The position numbers and the translations under genes were made by a program. DNA of 64,000 nucleotides, taken from Lingula anatina (Eukaryota > Animalia > Brachiopoda). Below the pieces are notes generated by a model. The model was not told the origin of the DNA and ran no database searches. It saw only the letters and a list, made by a program, of their open reading frames with translations. Location of the stretch: the NCBI GenBank assembly GCA_051362555.1, contig CM120640.1, positions 7,316,001 through 7,380,000 of the forward strand, written 5' to 3'. The number at the start of each line of letters is the position of its first letter. Within the stretch, counting starts at the first letter, position 1. This document shows, in pieces, positions 62,401-64,000 of this stretch.

Positions 62401-63444
62401 AGTTATCGAGATGTCCATATTTTGACCATGTATACTATAACAGCCAATTACAAAACTGACAAAAAGACTAAATACTTCAGCAAGAAAGATTTTGGTTTAT
62501 ATTATAAACTTGGAGCAAAAATTGATCTTACAGTTGTATGTGATTGATGGAGAGTCAATGACTTGGTTGCAATAATCATATATATATATTTTTTTTTTTA
62601 CATCCTCAGAGTGTTTTTACATCCTCATCTCGGAGTACAGAGAAGTTAGGCCTTTGTGAAAACATATATGTGAAATTCTTATTTTTTTATGTCCTGTTTT
62701 TAAGAGTGTACAGATGGAAGTACATTGTGATAAGATTTCAGTTCATTTGACACCACATTGTTTTAACTGAACACCTCAACATTTGTTCTTGTCCATTCAT
62801 GCTGAACTATATTGTGGACTTTGTTACTTATTTTCATGTCATCAATAACATTCTTATGTCAGACATGTTTATAGTTTTCAAATAATTATTTTGAACAGTG
62901 TTTTGATTTGATAATCACAGTGACAGCTTTGGCATTGTCATGAGATGCAACACAGTGTAGGATCTTCTAAAAGAATATCAAGTCTGTGAAACAAGTTTTT
63001 TCATTGCATCTTGTATAATAATGGTGAAAATGTCAAACCTAAAGAGACGAAACGTGTTATTTTACCTATTGTTCCATTGAATCAGTCATGCCATCAAGCG
63101 CCTTTGATGATGAGCCAAAACATCATGCCCCATAGGTAAAAAACCTGTTTAGTCTCTTTAGAAATGATTTACTTTTGTATCTTATCCAAGATTGAGTCTG
63201 ATATGAATAAGAATATTGTTTTTGTTTCCGAAATTTTTTTCTGATCAATTCATAATAATGATAATGAGTGCTATGTTATTTCAGAGTGTTACTCCTACGC
63301 TGATGCAGACAACTGTGCTACATTCAATGGCAGTGTCTACCTTAATGCCACCTGTATGTTCCCCAATACCACTGAGGAGTTTAGCTACCTGAAGGAACTG
63401 GCCCACAATGCCACCAAAAAGACACCAGCAGAGGACTACTTTGA
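46942..63444 (+). CDS. SLC6 sodium/chloride-dependent transporter, amino-acid/glycine-transporter-like; 5' part, continues beyond the window
   Basis: Exons 46942-46986 ([15 protein letters not shown], inferred), 51661-51750 (inferred, open phase 0), 55191-55470 ([37 protein letters not shown]), 58360-58494 ([32 protein letters not shown]), 60084-60227 (YYNVILAW...LPWEHC), 63285-63444 (EL2 ending TPAEDYF). Phases are consistent. TM1 has Gly rather than the monoamine-transporter Asp. The first two exons are less certain. Confidence 0.88.
53005..53337. mobile_element. Kolobok-like MITE (family K, copy 2) in an SLC6 intron
   Basis: TTAA|AGGGATAATAACTCTT...AAGAGTTATTATCCCT|TTAA; homologous to 23255-23538. 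Confidence 0.82.
59446..59481. repeat. (TAAA)n microsatellite
   Basis: Direct reading. Confidence 0.9.
61399..61640 (-). mobile_element. possible decayed CR1/L2-group LINE ORF2 3' end
   Basis: Minus-strand frame ends [24 protein letters not shown], resembling the LINE terminal motif (RTDxYKYSFFPRTIxxW); weak. Confidence 0.35.
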
Positions 63445-64000
63445 GTGAGTCTGCTGACAGATAAATTGCAATAGTTGTGATAATGAATAATAAATTCAAC
63501 TCAGGAAGAGCAAAGTACTTAGGTACTATTTTGAATGAGGCCCCAGCCAAAATGTGTAGGAAGTCACCAGAGAACTAATACAAGTCAGTCTAAAAAAAAA
63601 GACTGAGCTGTGTAATTCTCTGCTTTGATTATCTTGTGCTAACAGGATACTGCACTACAAATTGTCTTTCAAAATTGTGTAGTTGATAAGGCAGCGTCAA
63701 AAATCTGACATATTTAGATGTTGTTATCTCTCCAGACTCTTATGTTTGGCTACATTAGAAAGATAAAAGCTTCTAAAAGTCATAAAATGTCCAGAATTGT
63801 TTGGTTAATTTAATTTGCTGTAAAGAATTATAAGACCTGGTAGTGAAGCACTGAATGAACTCCGCACTATTGGACTGTGGCACAATCCTGGTGAAGACCA
63901 ATGTCTGGGGTATAAGTTAATCTCTAAAGAAATCCATCTTTCACAGGTGACTACCCTCAACAAGTGATTGAAGCTGATTTAAAATGCCCCTAAAATCAGG

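Overview
AT-rich, intron-rich animal genomic DNA. It is probably from a marine invertebrate, and CpG-poor gene bodies between CpG-retaining promoter regions suggest gene-body methylation. Three spliced genes were reconstructed by hand. (1) A complete Piwi (PIWIL1-like) gene on +, CDS 14553-24696, about 875 aa, with an intact DEDH slicer tetrad. (2) A complete ERK1/2-type MAP kinase on -, CDS 43062-30563, about 375 aa, with two U12-type (minor spliceosome) introns. (3) The 5' part of an amino-acid-type SLC6 transporter on +, from 46942 to beyond the window. The most striking observation is inside piwi: the PIWI-domain exon carrying the first catalytic Asp and the glutamate finger is present as two tandem 175-nt paralogous exons (22016-22190 and 22890-23064). 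Both are intact and phase-identical, 66% identical in protein but nearly saturated at synonymous sites, so they look like an old mutually exclusive exon pair giving two slicer-domain isoforms from one gene. Piwi intron 1 also holds two tandem in-frame 60-nt candidate cassette exons. The region carries many non-autonomous DNA transposons, including a 3.7-kb foldback with ~790-bp TIRs, Harbinger-, Kolobok- and hAT-like MITEs, and Penelope remnants. All coordinates were read by eye; no alignments or database searches were run.
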